Positions 55,848-64,000 of a DNA stretch of 64,000 nt are shown one piece after another. Source of the DNA: Polyangiales bacterium (GTDB taxonomy: Bacteria; Myxococcota_A; Polyangia; Polyangiales; Polyangiaceae); contig JBBRNJ010000013.1 of NCBI GenBank assembly GCA_038230375.1, positions 70,577 to 134,576 of the forward strand, read 5' to 3'. Every line of letters begins with the position of its first letter. Within the stretch, counting starts at the first letter, position 1. The notes below the pieces were generated by a model. The model had not been told where the DNA came from, did no database searches, and saw only the letters and a list, made by a program, of their open reading frames with translations. The translations under genes were made by a program, and so were the position numbers.

Positions 55848-56416
55848 GGCAGCGGCTCGCGGCGGATCTCGTAGACAAGGACCTCTTCGTCGCGCTCGTG
55901 CTGGCGCTTTCCGACCAGCTTCATTCCGACCTTCTCGAGGAGCCGCGCAGACGCCTTGTGCCACGAGGTCGTCGTCGCCTCGATCACGCTGCATTCCGGC
56001 TGCGCGAGCGCCCACGCGAGGACCGCTGTCATCGCCTCGGTCGCGTATCCGCGATTCTGGTTTGTCTCCTCGACGCCGTAGCTGATCTCGCAGCGGCCAG
56101 CGGCATCGGGGCGCCCGTGAAAGATGACACTGCCCACGACGCGGGGCGGCGCCTCACGCGTCACCATCAAGCGGTCACCCCAGAGACGCGTCTCCGGATC
56201 CGCGACCACCGCGTCCAGCGACGCGCGAAAGACCTGCTCGACCAGCGTGCGTCCGGGCCACGTCCACGGCATCTCCGCCTGCACGAGCGCCTCGATGTCG
56301 GTCCTTCGCCGTCCTTCGAGGATCGCCGCGGCGATCTGGAGCGTGACCGGCCGAAGCTCGAGCTGCTTCGTCATCAACGCGCTCACGTCGGGCCGCCTCG
56401 TGCCCATGCGGTGCAC
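55844..56416 (-). CDS. GNAT acetyltransferase (RimJ/RimL-like)
   Basis: EISYG, QNRGYATEA, ASARLLEKVG. Confidence 0.85.
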   Translation of the reverse strand: MHRMGTRRPDVSALMTKQLELRPVTLQIAAAILEGRRRTDIEALVQAEMPWTWPGRTLVEQVFRASLDAVVADPETRLWGDRLMVTREAPPRVVGSVIFHGRPDAAGRCEISYGVEETNQNRGYATEAMTAVLAWALAQPECSVIEATTTSWHKASARLLEKVGMKLVGKRQHERDEEVLVYEIRREPLP

Positions 56417-56536
56417 CGCCGGAAGAACCAGAACCCCATGGCGCTATCGTACGCTCGGAAGCGGAGCGATCGCGTCCTTATCTGTCGGAATCACACAGGC
56501 CGCGACCCATCGGAGGGCTTGCGCACCCCTTCGGAT

Positions 56537-57238
56537 TCAGTGGCCGATGCCGCCGCAGGTGGCGAAAGGCGGCGCGAGGCCCCAATCGCCGATGTTGGTG
56601 CTCGAGCACATCGACAGCTGCCCGCTCGCCGGACAACCCGTCACCGCGACGCGGGGATCGCACAGCTGCGCGGATTTTCCCGCGTTGGCGCACGTCGCGC
56701 CCACCAGGCACTCACTGACCAGGACGTCGTTCGCGCCTGCGCTGACGGGGTGCACGCAGCAGATGGAGCCCACCGCGCAGTTTGCCTGCCCCGTGCATTT
56801 GAGCTGCGTGAGGTTGACACCACCGTCGCCGTTGAGCGGGCCGGCGTCGAACCCACCATCGTCGAAGAGCGTGGAGCAGTTGTCGGCTGCGCACTCGACC
56901 TTTGTGCTGGCGCCGCCCCCCCTGCCGAAGAGGCAGCAGACCTGCGCCGGGAGCGCACACGTCATCGTGCCGCACGGGAGGGACTTCTGGTCGCCGCCAG
57001 GCCTGCCGTCGCCCGCGCCGGCGTCTGTCTCACCGCCGTTCGAGCCATCGGTCGCGCTGCTCCCGTCGTCGCCGTTCGACGTAGAACCGTCGCTGCTGGC
57101 CGCGCCTTCAGGGCTGCCATCAGCATCGCCGCCTGTTCTTGCGAGCGTGGCGTCGGAGCCACCGCAGCCCACCCATGCCAGTGCGCCCAGGAACACGACC
57201 GCGGCGGAGGACGATAGAGCGAAGAACGAAGAGCGCAT
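56537..57238 (-). CDS. Cys-rich lipoprotein
   Basis: WVGC lipobox; Gly/Asp linker; CG..C....VCC and C....C.....CC patterns. Confidence 0.75.
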   Translation of the reverse strand: MRSSFFALSSSAAVVFLGALAWVGCGGSDATLARTGGDADGSPEGAASSDGSTSNGDDGSSATDGSNGGETDAGAGDGRPGGDQKSLPCGTMTCALPAQVCCLFGRGGGASTKVECAADNCSTLFDDGGFDAGPLNGDGGVNLTQLKCTGQANCAVGSICCVHPVSAGANDVLVSECLVGATCANAGKSAQLCDPRVAVTGCPASGQLSMCSSTNIGDWGLAPPFATCGGIGH

Positions 57239-57348
57239 GAGACACGATTGGGCGCCGGGCACTCCTTGATCACGAAATCAGAGGCGCGCCTTGGCACGAC
57301 GGACAATATCCCCTACCTCAGGCTGACGCCCCGTCGGAGTAGACAACC

Positions 57349-57708
57349 ATGCAGACCCAGATCGAAGCCCACGATATCGCTTTTGTCGCGCCCATCCCGG
57401 CCGGCAATCAGGTGCTCATCGCGAGGGTCCGCCGCTCGGAGGGCGAGTCGTGGACGCCGACTCTCGTCCTCGATGTGTCGAGCAAGGCGCTCTACCGCAA
57501 CGACACCCTCTACGGCCCGCTCTCGAACGACGTGCTCTCGACCACCGATCCGCTTGCTGTGCTGACGCGCTGGAGCTGGAAGGTCGTCAAGGTCAGCGAG
57601 GGCCGCGTCGTTGGGTGCATCGTCTCGACGACGGGCACGGGCGATAGCAACACGGCGACGCGCCTGTTCGTGGAAACGACGGGTGCCGCCGCGCCCTATC
57701 GCGGATAA
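57349..57708 (+). CDS. Hypothetical protein
   Basis: 119-aa ORF with GGAG RBS; myxobacterial-type PYR C-terminus. Confidence 0.6.
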   Translation: MQTQIEAHDIAFVAPIPAGNQVLIARVRRSEGESWTPTLVLDVSSKALYRNDTLYGPLSNDVLSTTDPLAVLTRWSWKVVKVSEGRVVGCIVSTTGTGDSNTATRLFVETTGAAAPYRG

Positions 57709-58595
57709 GGGGGCTGCGCGTCTCCCACCAAAGTGCGAACGCGGTTCGCGTACGTGCCGCGTGGATTTCGGCGCAGGAACGGATCCGCGAGCGCGCGCGC
57801 ACCCACGCCGTCACCGCGCTTCACGAGCGCCTCGACGCGCAAGACGAGCGCCTCGTCTGCGAGGGCGGCGTGAGGAAACTTTACGTCGTGCGCGTCGAGC
57901 GCCTTGATGGCGCCATCCGGATCACCCGCGAGCACCGCCTTGCGCGCGACATCCAGCGCCGCCACCTCATCGGAGAGGCTGGCCTGGGTGTCCTCCTTCG
58001 GCGGCGGGAGCGGCAGCGTGCGACGCGCATCGGTCCGCGCGACCGACGCGACAGGCTTCGTGTCCACCAGTGCGGTGGGAGCGACCTCCACCGGCACCGT
58101 GGTGGGCAGTGGCTCCGATTGTGCTGTTGTGATTGTGGACGCGATTGTGGACGCGATTGTGGACGCGATTGTGGACGCGATTGTGGGCGCGACTGGCGGC
58201 GCGATTGTGGGCGCGCTCGTTCTGCTGGACGTCGTGTCTTCGGTTTTGGGCGCGCCATCCCCGGACACCGCATTCACCGTGACCGTGCCAAGCCCACCAA
58301 TGAGCGCAGCGAGGCCGAGCCACTTCATGGTCATGAGGACCTTCGAGCCGCTCGAGCCGCTCGACTGAGGCGCCGAAGCCCCACCCTTGTTCGAGGAGGT
58401 GCCGCCGGCGGACGCGTTCGCGCCCACGATGGAGACACCGCCCGTTGCGCTCGCCCCACCGGACGCGAAGGCAGCGACCGCCGCGAGCGTCCGCTCTTTT
58501 GCGCGGCGGCTCGGCGCTTCCGATGCAGCGATCGACAAGAGGCCGCGCTCGAAGTCGTCCGTGTCGCCGGAGCTCAACAACCGAGGCTCGCTCAT
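57696..58595 (-). CDS. Probable anti-sigma factor (TM, Pro/Thr linker, TPR-like C-terminus)
   Basis: Coupled to the ECF gene by ATGA; LSDEVAALD...FP...EEA-like...FLRRNP. Confidence 0.75.
   Translation of the reverse strand: MSEPRLLSSGDTDDFERGLLSIAASEAPSRRAKERTLAAVAAFASGGASATGGVSIVGANASAGGTSSNKGGASAPQSSGSSGSKVLMTMKWLGLAALIGGLGTVTVNAVSGDGAPKTEDTTSSRTSAPTIAPPVAPTIASTIASTIASTIASTITTAQSEPLPTTVPVEVAPTALVDTKPVASVARTDARRTLPLPPPKEDTQASLSDEVAALDVARKAVLAGDPDGAIKALDAHDVKFPHAALADEALVLRVEALVKRGDGVGARALADPFLRRNPRGTYANRVRTLVGDAQPPYPR
58131..58214 (-). repeat. 12-bp tandem repeat (4 perfect GATTGTGGACGC + 3 degenerate) encoding ASTI/APTI
   Basis: Read directly. Confidence 0.9.
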
Positions 58596-59254
58596 GTGGA
58601 CCTCCGATCCCTCGAACGTAGCCGCTTGGCCTCACCATGAAAGTACTCGCGCGCGCGACGGAGGCGCGAGGCCACGGTGCCGGCCGGGATCTCGACCATC
58701 TCCGCGATCTCTCGCGCGGACACGCCTTCAAGCTCGAACAAGACGAACACGACCCGCTCGGGCTCATCCATACCGAGCAAGATGTCCTGGATCATCTCCA
58801 GAGCGCGCGTGCGATCGATGGTGTCCTCGGGGCTGAGGCCCGGATCGATCACGGCCTCGATTCCGTCTTCGGCGCGCTCACGGTTCCGCGCGCGTGCGCG
58901 TCCGGCGTCCCCCGCAACGTTCAGCGCGGTGCGAAAGAGGAACGTGCGCTCGGCGCCTTCCTCGACCTGGTCGATCCTTCGCGCCAGGACCATGAAGACC
59001 TGCTGGGCGGCGTCGTCGGCGGCGCTCTCCGGGACGCCGAAGCGACGTACGACGCGCCACACGAACTCGAAATGAGCCTGTACGAGCGCCGTGACGCGTG
59101 CGCTGCCATCGCCAGCGGATGGCGGCGGAGACAATGTGGGCACGAGCGGATCCCCAGCGCCAGAGAGATCCTCCGCGGCTTGCGGAGGCTGCCGAGGTGC
59201 AACCGGCAGGTTCGCTTCGGAGGTGTCCTCACTGGGCATGGGTACCTGCACCAT
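58592..59254 (-). CDS. ECF RNA polymerase sigma factor
   Basis: FVWRVVRRFGV...ADDAAQQVF; EIAEMVEIPAGTVASRLRRAR; start 59254 or 59239. Confidence 0.9.
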   Translation of the reverse strand: MVQVPMPSEDTSEANLPVAPRQPPQAAEDLSGAGDPLVPTLSPPPSAGDGSARVTALVQAHFEFVWRVVRRFGVPESAADDAAQQVFMVLARRIDQVEEGAERTFLFRTALNVAGDAGRARARNRERAEDGIEAVIDPGLSPEDTIDRTRALEMIQDILLGMDEPERVVFVLFELEGVSAREIAEMVEIPAGTVASRLRRAREYFHGEAKRLRSRDRRST

Positions 59255-59358
59255 TGTTACTACGGCCGCGTTTGATCACGATTCGATCTGTAACCGCCCT
59301 TTTCCCGCGCATGTGCTCCCACCTACGCCGACCTACGCCGCCTCTCTGGCTGCTTGAG

Positions 59359-60963
59359 TCATTGCACGTCAACGAGGGCGAGCGCATCAAGCCCACGTTG
59401 CTTCACAAACTCGTAGGGCAGATAGTAGTAGCCCTGGTCTCCTGAACACTTCCCCCAGGAGTTCTTGGCGATGAAATATCCGCCGCCGCTGCCGTAGGGC
59501 ACTATCGTGCCTCCGCCGGTATTGGTCCATATCTTTGAGTTGTCGAAGTGACCGACGATGTTGATGGCGTGACTGCCGAGGCTCTTGCCCTGGGGGTCGG
59601 GCACGATGCCTGCCTTCGCCCCCTGGTTGAACGACTTGGAGTCAGCGGCGAGGAAGCTCTGCGGCACGTCAAAGCCGAGAACGACGGGAAATCCGAAGTC
59701 CACAGCGTCCTTGATCATGGTCACGCTGTCGCTCTCCTCCCCGGGCGTCCAGAGTGGAATGTGCGACCGGGTGCGGATGGAGCTCGACGTGTTCACGCTG
59801 CCATCGTAGGCACACTTGAGCTGGTTATTGGCGTCGAACCCGCAAAGGTAGTCGGCCTGGTGGGCCGCCTCCGAGCAGTGGATACCGCTGTATCCATCAC
59901 ACGAGTTGGCGAAACCGCCACCCGCGAGCTCAATCCGGTTGAGCGACGGGTTGTAGACCCAGTCCTTCTCGAAAGGGAATAGATACTTCGTGGACACCAT
60001 CTGCTGGACGGCGGGACCCGCGTACGATCCGTCGCTCAGGCTGTCGGGCTGCCATTCCTGCTTGATCTTGTCATAGAGCGCTTGCTCCGAGAGATTCGTC
60101 CATAGTTGATGACGCTCTGCGTGGAGCTCCTCCACTGCCGCGGTGATCGCGAATGCAGTGCATGACCCTCGCGTGCCCTGGCTGCGAATGCAGGTCTCGG
60201 TTCCTTTCAAGGGGTAGGAGAGCATCTTGAAGAGCCCGAGCGTCGGCCCGGCGCAGAGCTCGGTCTCCTGTGAATCGCCCTCGGTGGCCGAGTATCCGAG
60301 CTCGCCTGCGCAGGTGGCCGGCTTGGTCTTCTGCAGCGCGTCCGTGAGAATCGGAAGCGAGTGATTCGCTGCGATGACATCCGAGGCCAGTACGAGCTTG
60401 TGAATCATTCCACGCAGCGCAGGCACGTCTGCTCTCTGGGCGTCCTCCTTGGACACCAACCCGTACTGGGCCGCGACGGAGGCGCCCAGCATCGTCATCA
60501 TCGCGTAGTACGCGGTATAGACTGCGCTGCGATCCTGGGAGCTCCGCAGCGAGGCGGCGATCGCGTGGGTCCTCGTGTTCGCGCCCATGGTCACGAAGCT
60601 CGTGGGCTTGCCCGCTCCCGGAGGTCCCATCACTCGAATCGTACCGTCGGGCAGCGGCTCGGCGCCCCGCGCCAGCTCGGCTGGACCGTAGTGTTCGACG
60701 AGGTCCTGGTGGTCGGCCAGGAAAGCGTCGATGAGAGCCTGGTCGCTCAGCAGCGACAGCCGCTCAGCCGCGGCATGAGCCGCGTCGACGTCCGGCCCCG
60801 CTGGTGTCGCGGTTCCATCGCTCGAGAGCCCGTGGACGGCGCCCGCTCCTTCGTCAGCGTGGGGCAGCTCGCCCTGAGCGTGCTCCCCGTTGGTGCCTCC
60901 GCTGCACGCCGCGACGACGCAAACAATGAAGGGGCTGAGTACCGTGAGCCTGGTGAGCTTCAT
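59359..60963 (-). CDS. Papain-like (C1) cysteine protease lipoprotein
   Basis: QGTRGSCTAFA (Cys), LSEQ, SHAINIVG (His), KNSWG (Asn). Confidence 0.9.
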   Translation of the reverse strand: MKLTRLTVLSPFIVCVVAACSGGTNGEHAQGELPHADEGAGAVHGLSSDGTATPAGPDVDAAHAAAERLSLLSDQALIDAFLADHQDLVEHYGPAELARGAEPLPDGTIRVMGPPGAGKPTSFVTMGANTRTHAIAASLRSSQDRSAVYTAYYAMMTMLGASVAAQYGLVSKEDAQRADVPALRGMIHKLVLASDVIAANHSLPILTDALQKTKPATCAGELGYSATEGDSQETELCAGPTLGLFKMLSYPLKGTETCIRSQGTRGSCTAFAITAAVEELHAERHQLWTNLSEQALYDKIKQEWQPDSLSDGSYAGPAVQQMVSTKYLFPFEKDWVYNPSLNRIELAGGGFANSCDGYSGIHCSEAAHQADYLCGFDANNQLKCAYDGSVNTSSSIRTRSHIPLWTPGEESDSVTMIKDAVDFGFPVVLGFDVPQSFLAADSKSFNQGAKAGIVPDPQGKSLGSHAINIVGHFDNSKIWTNTGGGTIVPYGSGGGYFIAKNSWGKCSGDQGYYYLPYEFVKQRGLDALALVDVQ

Positions 60964-61586
60964 AGGAGAGTCCTGGGTGTGAGGGACGAGACGTAAAGGG
61001 TCGGCGGCCTCGACTCGATCGTGTAGTCGACTATCATCCACGGAAACCATCCGAGGGCCGTGTCCTCGAGCTCTTGGATGTGCGACGTCACCTTCTCCGC
61101 TTCGTCCTCGGTCCGGAGGAGCCCGTCCGAATTCGGCCGCACTCCGAGCGCCCGAAAGCACTCGTCTTCCAGGCGATCACACCGCCAGGAGTGTCGCCTC
61201 TGTTCAGACTCGAAGCGAAGCGGCTCGAATCCGAGGACGATGCCGCCCTCTGGCATTGGCTTTTGCAGACATACAAGTTGGGAGACGCCCGATGGGCGGC
61301 GGCCGTCCAGACTGCTGTTTCGCTCGAGAAACGATTCGCGATGGTCCAAGCGGAGAGAGAGCCCGAGAATCAGCCACTCCCGGGCGCTCGAGAGCTGGTC
61401 CGCGAGCGCGATGACTACCTCGGTCGACGTCACGGGGGTCGGCCAGCCTAGCTGCCCGCCGAACCTGGAGATGCAGGCCGATGCGGTCACGAGATGGGTC
61501 GGCTCAGGCTCGGCAGACCCGGCGCCTGGCCGTGCAGCGCGCTCGGTGACGATATAGCCGCCGAAGACATAGTCCTCCCGACGCAT
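60960..61586 (-). CDS. Hypothetical cytoplasmic protein
   Basis: Protein-like composition (GGY, LGFE, HSW, WFPW); ATGA overlap with the protease gene. Confidence 0.6.
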   Translation of the reverse strand: MRREDYVFGGYIVTERAARPGAGSAEPEPTHLVTASACISRFGGQLGWPTPVTSTEVVIALADQLSSAREWLILGLSLRLDHRESFLERNSSLDGRRPSGVSQLVCLQKPMPEGGIVLGFEPLRFESEQRRHSWRCDRLEDECFRALGVRPNSDGLLRTEDEAEKVTSHIQELEDTALGWFPWMIVDYTIESRPPTLYVSSLTPRTLL

Positions 61587-61692
61587 GCCTACGCCAGCAC
61601 TCCGTGAACCTGGAGGGGTGGAGAAGGCCCGTGGAGAGATCGGTGGACGGTCGGCAGTCATCATTGGCGCCTTTGCATGTCGCTACGTCTGG

Positions 61693-62442
61693 TCAGCGGG
61701 GACAGGTCTTCACGAAGAACACGTCGACCTCGTTGTCGGCCGGGTGGACGTCGGGCATCAACAGCGCAGGGTCGTACCCGTTGGTGTTCGAATTCCAATC
61801 GGGCTGCGCGTTCCATCCGTCCTTGGAGCGATACTCCGTGAGCTTCAGGTGGAGCGAGGTGACCAGGTTGGAGGGGACGTCCGTGTCCGGCTGAAAGAGC
61901 CAGGTCGCGAACGCGCTTGTTGAGCTGACGGTCCCATAGCCGTCCGTCTGTGTCGTCTGGTCGATCATCATCGACATCGCGCTGCGCACGGCGGCAAATG
62001 GAGCGGCGCCGCCAGCCTTGCCGTGGCTCACCTGCGCGACTCCGTCCACGAGGATGCTCTGGTCGAGCATCGGCCACACGTGCGGACCCTTCGGGTGCAC
62101 GATATCGACCTGGCCGCCAAGATCGGTGAAGTCGCAAGGGAGGAGCAACGGGTCGCCCGCTGTCCCGAGCGTCGGTCTCCCAAAGTTTGCGGGGTTCAAC
62201 CCGTCACCCGAAGCAAGTTGAAAAGCGCCCGTATCGTAGCCGGGTCCCTGGTAACGCAGGTAGAAGCGCGCGGGGAACGAGATGCGCAGATCCACCGCGG
62301 TCTGGGGGCCCGGCAGCTTCGCGATCACCACTCCGGAAGGTGCATCGACAGATACACCCCGATCCGTATCGTTCGTGCCACCGCAAGCGGCGACCGCAAG
62401 CGCGATGAAAGGAGTGAGCAGTGCGAGGTTGGTGAGCTTCAT
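61693..62442 (-). CDS. Hypothetical lipoprotein
   Basis: MKLTNL...VAAC lipobox; GGAG RBS. Confidence 0.7.
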   Translation of the reverse strand: MKLTNLALLTPFIALAVAACGGTNDTDRGVSVDAPSGVVIAKLPGPQTAVDLRISFPARFYLRYQGPGYDTGAFQLASGDGLNPANFGRPTLGTAGDPLLLPCDFTDLGGQVDIVHPKGPHVWPMLDQSILVDGVAQVSHGKAGGAAPFAAVRSAMSMMIDQTTQTDGYGTVSSTSAFATWLFQPDTDVPSNLVTSLHLKLTEYRSKDGWNAQPDWNSNTNGYDPALLMPDVHPADNEVDVFFVKTCPR

Positions 62443-62658
62443 GGTCGGTCTCCGGGTTGCTTTCTCGTGGTACGAACTAGGAAGTGGCCGCACGGTGAGG
62501 GCAGCGCCTACGTTGTGGGCCGGGAACACCGACATGATTGTTGGGCGCGGCGCTGTTGATCACAGAATCGATGGGAAACCTTCGGCGTCGCCAATTCGAA
62601 TGACAACGTCGTGTTCGTGATCAATTCGTCCGACTCGATCAATTGAGAGGGGTGTCGA

Positions 62659-63809
62659 TGTTCAGGATGAGTTGCGTGGTCATTGGCGCCCTCTCCTTGG
62701 GCCCCTTGCTGGTCTCGTGCAGCGCGGATATCCGCCTGGGCGGCGTCACCCCGAACGCGGCGGACGGCGCAGCCGGTCTGGATGGGGCGTCGGATGGTGG
62801 GACGTTGAGCAACGACGGCGGCTCATCCGCTCCCGATGCGCACGTCGACGGTTCGACTTGCATCGCAGATCTCACGCTCGACCCGAGGAGCTGCGGCGCG
62901 TGCGGCCACGACTGTCTCGGCGGCGCGTGCTTGCTCGGGCAGTGCCAGCCATTCCAGATCGCTCAGAATCTCCACGGACCCTTCTGGCTCACGCTCGATG
63001 CAACGACCGTCTACTGGACCGAGCTGGGCGACCCCACCACCAACTCCGTTCGTCAGTGCCGGAAGGACGGCTCTGGGCTCATCACGTTGGCGACAGCCCC
63101 GGGAACGTTCGGCGGCATCGTCGTCGACGGGAAGAACGCCTACTGGTCACACCAGACGCAGGGGCCGATCCAGATCTCGGTGGAGCGCACGCCCCTCGCG
63201 CCGGCCGCGCCGAGCGTCACCGAGGTGACCAACCTTCTGGGTGCGTTCTACGCTGGCGGCGTCGCGGTTGACGCAACAACCGTCTATTTCACGACCAACT
63301 CGCTGGTCGCGGGCGCGCCGAAGAATGGGACGATGGTGTCCGCACAAACCGTGCTGTCGCCCGTTGACGGCACGGGGCCCGTGCCTCTCGCGACTGACGG
63401 CTCGACCCTGTTCTTGGCGAGCCAGTCGGGTCTCTACACTGGCACTGCGACGCTCTCGCTCCCGGCGCTTGTCCCCGTCAAGGCTAGCTCGATCGGCGCG
63501 AGCGATATCGCCATCAACGGCACGCGGGTCTTCGGCGCAGGTGACAGCACCGTGTGGTCACTCCCGATCGCCGGCGGCCCAACGTCCACGTTCACGACTC
63601 AGGAGCTCGGCGCCGGCGGAGTCGCCGTGGACACAACCACCGTCTACTTCACGACCGCAACGGAGGTTCGCGCGACCCCCATCGCCGGAGGCGGCCCAAT
63701 CAAGGTCCTTGCGCGCGGATACACGCAGCTTGGGCACATAGCGGCAGATGGTACCGCCGTATACTTTACTGACTTCAATGGCGGCTCTATATGGAAGCTC
63801 GCAAAGTAG
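62659..63809 (+). CDS. Lipoprotein with Stig1-like Cys motif and beta-propeller (paralog of 14147-15391)
   Basis: LVSC lipobox; DPRSCGACGHDCLGGAC; VDATTVYF blades; GAGG RBS. Confidence 0.8.
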
Positions 63810-63851
63810 TAATTACTATTCCACCATCGATCGTGATCAAAGTCCGCATGA

Positions 63852-63868
63852 GGGACAATTCGTGTCCC
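63852..63868. promoter_or_regulatory. Inverted repeat, candidate regulator binding site
   Basis: GGGACA-N5-TGTCCC in an AT-richer intergenic region. Confidence 0.35.
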
Positions 63869-64000
63869 ATGCCTGAGGGATCCCCTGGTTTGTTTATTGC
63901 ATAGTACACAGACTTCTATCCATGAGGTGGCGGCCGGTGTACGTCGTGCTGCATGAACGTTCCGAGCACTGCGCGCCGCCCCTCGACAGGTCCTCGTTTC

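Noticed and set aside
63930..64000. GG-N10-GC element and ATG near the right edge
   Set aside because: Weak -24 match and too little downstream sequence to support a promoter or gene call.

Overview
High-GC bacterial DNA, most likely from a myxobacterium of the Polyangiales (Labilithrix/Sorangium-like). This is inferred from RCC1-repeat and Cys-rich lipoproteins, ECF/FecR-TPR pairs, Hanks kinases, DUF2330 and RedB. About 60 protein-coding genes; no rRNA, tRNA, CRISPR array, integrase or transposase was recognised. The main feature is a ~20 kb signalling island (31.4-51.9 kb). It holds three PP2C/SpoIIE phosphatases with different sensory inputs: (i) a RedB plus RedC-type membrane sensor, (ii) a diheme peroxidase/porin/cupredoxin/pentaheme-cytochrome operon ending in a Cache-HAMP protein, and (iii) a tandem V4R protein plus PAS. 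It also holds two GHKL anti-sigma/SiaB-like kinases, three paralogous STAS/SiaC-like proteins, two CheA-like kinases, a catalytically degenerate CheB and a Ser/Thr kinase-REC gene with a 1-bp frameshift. No MCP, CheW, CheR, CheY, diguanylate cyclase or sigmaB/F gene is visible. It looks like a hybrid partner-switching/chemosensory redox-sensing system. Other observations: a 40-bp direct repeat bracketing an RCC1 gene, a recurring intergenic TCGTGATCAA motif, many apparently leaderless promoters and several sigma54-type promoters. All family calls come from motif recognition by eye, without database searches.
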